Assembly (NCBI GenBank): GCA_034530615.2
Contig: JAVRCV020000032.1
Span: 96,001 to 160,000 of the forward strand
Reading direction: 5' to 3'
DNA from: Aulosira sp. ZfuVER01
GTDB lineage: Bacteria; Cyanobacteriota; Cyanobacteriia; Cyanobacteriales; Nostocaceae
DNA length: 64,000 bases
The translations under genes were made by a program, and so were the position numbers. Positions 61,121 to 64,000 of the stretch are shown here, piece after piece. Under the pieces are notes generated by a model, which made no database searches, had not been told where the DNA came from, and saw only the letters and a list, made by a program, of their open reading frames with translations. Positions within the stretch are counted from its first letter, which is position 1, and each line of letters begins with the position of its first letter.

Positions 61121-62421
61121 AACAAGCTTTTTATCATCCCAATCCCGCTTTGCAATTGCCTTGGAATTTGACTCAAGTGGGACTTGTTCTCTTCCCATTG
61201 AGTCCCTTTTTGGGGGCTGTATTAATAGTTTTGGCATCCTTAATTACTGTGGTGCGCCAATGGGGCAAAATTATCAGCCGCCCTCTCAATTGGGGATTTG
61301 CTGTTCTGAGTATATTGCTGATTGTGACTGCTGGATTTGCATATCAAAAAACCCCAGCTTTCGTCGGTTTATTTAATTTTATACCCTACTTTATCGTTTT
61401 TGCCGGACTGAGTGCCCTAATTCAGAAAATCCCCCAATTGCGGCAAATAGCTTGGATTTTAGTAATTGCTTCTGTGCCAATCACTATTCTGGGCTTGGGA
61501 CAGTTATTTTTAGGCTGGAGCCTGAATTTAACGTTTTTATGGGTTGTATTAGAGTGGGCGATCGCACCTGGAGGAGAACCACCAGGTCGGATGTCTTCAA
61601 TATTAATGCACGCTAATACCTTAGCTGCTTATTTAGTCATAATTTTTACTTTAGGTTTAGGGTTAGGGTTGGAACAATGGCAGTTAATTAAGAAAACAAT
61701 TCAAAATTCACAAGTTCCCCTTATCTTTCTGATTTTCACGGGAATTCTCAATTTCATTGCCTTAATTTTTACCAACTCACGCAATGGCTGGGCGATCGCA
61801 ATTTTTATCTGTTTAGCTTATGCACTATACCAAGGTTGGCGCATCCTTGTAGGTGGCGTTGCTAGCATCGTTACGTGCGTTCTGTTAGCAGCTTTTTCTC
61901 CCTCACCTATCGCCCAGTTTTTTCGCCGCTTCGTTCCTGCTTTCTTTTGGGCGCGGTTGAACGATGATATGTATCCCGATAGGCCTGTTGCTTTAATGCG
62001 CAAAACCCAATGGGAATTTGCCTGGTCTTTAACTCAGCAACATCCTTGGACTGGTTGGGGTTTACGCAATTTTACTGGACTATACCAAGCTAAAACGCAG
62101 ATTTCCTTAGGTCATCCCCACAACTTATTTTTGATGCTATCGTCTGAAACTGGTCTGCCAAGTACTCTGTTATTTTGTGGCTTAATCGGTTGGATCTTAA
62201 TAGCATCTATTCAACTACTAGGAAATTCAAAATTTCTACATCAAGAAGATAGATTGATATTTTTCACTTATCTCGTAGTTTTGTTTGGCTGGTTGTTATT
62301 TAATACTGTTGATGTCACCCTCTACGATTTCCGGCTAAATACGCTTTCATGGTTAATGTTATCTGCTGTTTGTGGATTAGTTTATCGCTATGAACAAGAC
62401 CAGAGATTGAAAGCTCAATAA
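61102..62421 (+). CDS. O-antigen ligase / Wzy_C family membrane protein
   Basis: Many TM helices, TNSRNGW, P.TGWG..NF, HPHNLFL....ETG. Confidence 0.88.
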   Translation: MLGASLKQAFYHPNPALQLPWNLTQVGLVLFPLSPFLGAVLIVLASLITVVRQWGKIISRPLNWGFAVLSILLIVTAGFAYQKTPAFVGLFNFIPYFIVFAGLSALIQKIPQLRQIAWILVIASVPITILGLGQLFLGWSLNLTFLWVVLEWAIAPGGEPPGRMSSILMHANTLAAYLVIIFTLGLGLGLEQWQLIKKTIQNSQVPLIFLIFTGILNFIALIFTNSRNGWAIAIFICLAYALYQGWRILVGGVASIVTCVLLAAFSPSPIAQFFRRFVPAFFWARLNDDMYPDRPVALMRKTQWEFAWSLTQQHPWTGWGLRNFTGLYQAKTQISLGHPHNLFLMLSSETGLPSTLLFCGLIGWILIASIQLLGNSKFLHQEDRLIFFTYLVVLFGWLLFNTVDVTLYDFRLNTLSWLMLSAVCGLVYRYEQDQRLKAQ

Positions 62422-62521
62422 AATTAGTCTTGCAGTCAATTTTGAGTATTAGGCTGTAAAGTATTGAATTTGCACGCTGAATCATAAGTTTAGCCCGAGT
62501 GTTTAACAGCAAACATTGCAA

Positions 62522-62629
62522 TATACCTCTTACATAAGTCGATTTTGTGGATAGCAAACCACAGATGAACACCGATATTTATCTGTATGCATCTGTGATG
62601 ACTTTTGTCAGATTTTTGCAAGCAGTCTA
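62522..62629. mobile_element. Degenerate MITE-like repeat, sister of 33485-33600
   Basis: Ends TATACCTCTTACATAA ... TTTTGCAAGCAGTCTA; inner CACAGATG / CATCTGTG hairpin. Confidence 0.55.
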
Positions 62630-62742
62630 ATATTTAAGCAGATCGCCTGAATGACATTCATGTATAGATAACATCCTATTTTCAGTGTATACACCGGAGC
62701 CATTTATGATTGACAGTTAATAAAATTACTATATTCACGTCT

Positions 62743-62855
62743 GTGAGTGTGGCTAATCAAAGTTAGTCACTGTTGCTGATTGTTGGGAAGGTGTACGGAT
62801 AACCCTTCTGGGGGTTTTCCTGCATGATAGGCATCTCTTGTAGATGCCTTTTTTT
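62743..62855 (+). ncRNA. Candidate small RNA (three hairpins ending in an intrinsic terminator)
   Basis: GC-richer island in an AT-rich spacer; stems GTGGCTAA/TTAGTCAC, GAAGG/CCTTC, AGGCATCT/AGATGCCT + T-run; TATATT just upstream. Confidence 0.4.
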
Positions 62856-62895
62856 ATATCTTTTTTGTTATAAAAATATCTTTTTTGTTATAAAA
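62856..62895. repeat. Exact 20-bp tandem duplication
   Basis: ATATCTTTTTTGTTATAAAA x2. Confidence 0.9.
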
Positions 62896-63255
62896 GTATC
62901 AAGAATATTGCCTTAAGAAATCTCAGGATTTACTAATGAAAACATATCGAGATGTTTCAATTTATGAGGATGGTAGTCTATTGATTAATTGTCAGCATTA
63001 CTAATAATATAAGCTGCTGGAGTTTTGGACTTGGACAAAAATTACAAAGTTTGCATATTTCGTTATTCTTTTCTGATGCCTATAATAAACGAGGTATTGC
63101 CCATTTCCAATTAGGAGACAGAGAGCAGAGGCTGATTGGCAAAAAGCAGCCGATATGCTTCAGTAAATGAAAAATTAACCCAGAAATAAAACAGAGATGC
63201 ACACCGATAAATTCTCTGTGTTTATCGGTGTGCATCTATTGTGAAAAAGATTTCT

Positions 63256-63352
63256 TATACCATTTCACCAAAAATATGATGCAGACGCAAACCCTGGAAC
63301 CTTTGCTGAGTCTCAATTTCTTAATTTTGAATTTTGAATTTTGAATTGGTAT
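63256..63352. mobile_element. MITE-like repeat with ATACCA ends containing heptamer repeats
   Basis: ATACCATTTC ... GAATTGGTAT (9/10 inverted match) enclosing (AATTTTG)x3. Confidence 0.5.
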
Positions 63353-63496
63353 CACTCCTTGGAAACAAGAGGATTATAGAAACAAATCTGAGTTGCATTC
63401 ACATCAAAGCGATCGCCGTAGTAACTCCTATGGTGTAAGCACTCGGTAGAATGGTTTTGTCTGTAATCAAAAAATCATGCCTCAGTAGCCAACCTT

Positions 63497-64000
63497 ATGC
63501 TCACAACAGCTGACTTTCTTCAATACACCCAATGGTCAGGTATTGCCACGTTGGTGTTTGCCGCCTTAGCAGTCCTGAGTTTTATTTTTAAATGGGGCAT
63601 CCGCTTTCGGCTGGTGGGTACAACTGGCTTTATGCTCGTACTAACGGGTGGTTTATTTGCTCTATCGTTAGTACCCTTGAGTCGCACTGTGATTCCTGGT
63701 GCGGTGCGGTTCACTCTCGTTTATGACAATGGTTCAACACAAGCAGTAATTGCTACCTCACCGCAGATTACTCCTTCAGAATTAGAAGCTACCTTACGTC
63801 AAGCGGCTAGTAATCTGTATTCTTATGGTCGCTTAGGTTCGCGAAATGAAAACTACCTAACGATTCGTGCCCGGACTCTGATCCACCCAGAACCAGGGGT
63901 TTCAGTACCACTATACTTGGGAGAGGTAAAGCGATCGCTAGTTAGTCGTGAAGACTCGGAGATAGCTGTGGAAATTTACCCAGAGAAATTTGCTCAGTTG
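63497..64000 (+). CDS. ycf51: Ycf51 family protein (runs off the window end)
   Basis: Open from ATG 63497 to the end: WGIRFRLVG.TGF, IPGAVRFTLVYDNG, LEATLRQAASNL.S.GR, HPEPGVS.PLYLG. Confidence 0.85.
   Translation, partial: MLTTADFLQYTQWSGIATLVFAALAVLSFIFKWGIRFRLVGTTGFMLVLTGGLFALSLVPLSRTVIPGAVRFTLVYDNGSTQAVIATSPQITPSELEATLRQAASNLYSYGRLGSRNENYLTIRARTLIHPEPGVSVPLYLGEVKRSLVSREDSEIAVEIYPEKFAQL

Noticed and set aside
62422..63496. tRNA gene in the long spacer
   Set aside because: No GTTCRA T-loop with a cloverleaf could be found
3789..64000. Possible large inversion separating ycf51 from the dehydrogenase-aminotransferase pair
   Set aside because: Rests on an uncertain memory of gene order in other cyanobacteria; no breakpoint repeats are visible and ycf51 runs off the window

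Overview
Chromosomal window from a filamentous, probably heterocyst-forming cyanobacterium (Nostocales-like). This is inferred from very frequent HIP1 octamers (GCGATCGC), heptamer STRR-type tandem repeats, PEP-CTERM/HpsJ-like genes and dnaK3-dnaJ. It is mostly housekeeping genes (dxs, aminotransferase, glycerol dehydrogenase-like, bgtA-like ABC ATPase, pyrB, uvrB, rpe, the pncB-nadD-nrtR-nadE NAD operon with a clear NrtR operator, dnaK/dnaJ, ycf51) with accessory islets between them. The best candidates for undescribed systems are two. (1) At 35.1-36.2 kb, a CHAT (caspase-like) protease domain is fused to two tandem copies of an antitoxin-like C-terminal helix and is translationally coupled to a divergent RelE/ParE-fold gene, next to a HicAB pair whose HicA lacks its catalytic His. 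(2) A 15-kb minus-strand cluster runs TpsB, two TpsA, secreted TPR-CHAT protease, DUF928 protein with seven 22-aa repeats, CHASE2 hybrid kinase and a second hybrid kinase, and could be a proteolysis-based extracellular signalling module. Also present are a MITE with an exact 10-bp target-site duplication, several dispersed repeat families, a 50-aa ORF missed by the ORF track, a candidate sRNA and a GC-rich methyltransferase insertion. No rRNA, tRNA, CRISPR array or intact transposase was seen. All family assignments come from motif recognition by eye, not from database searches.
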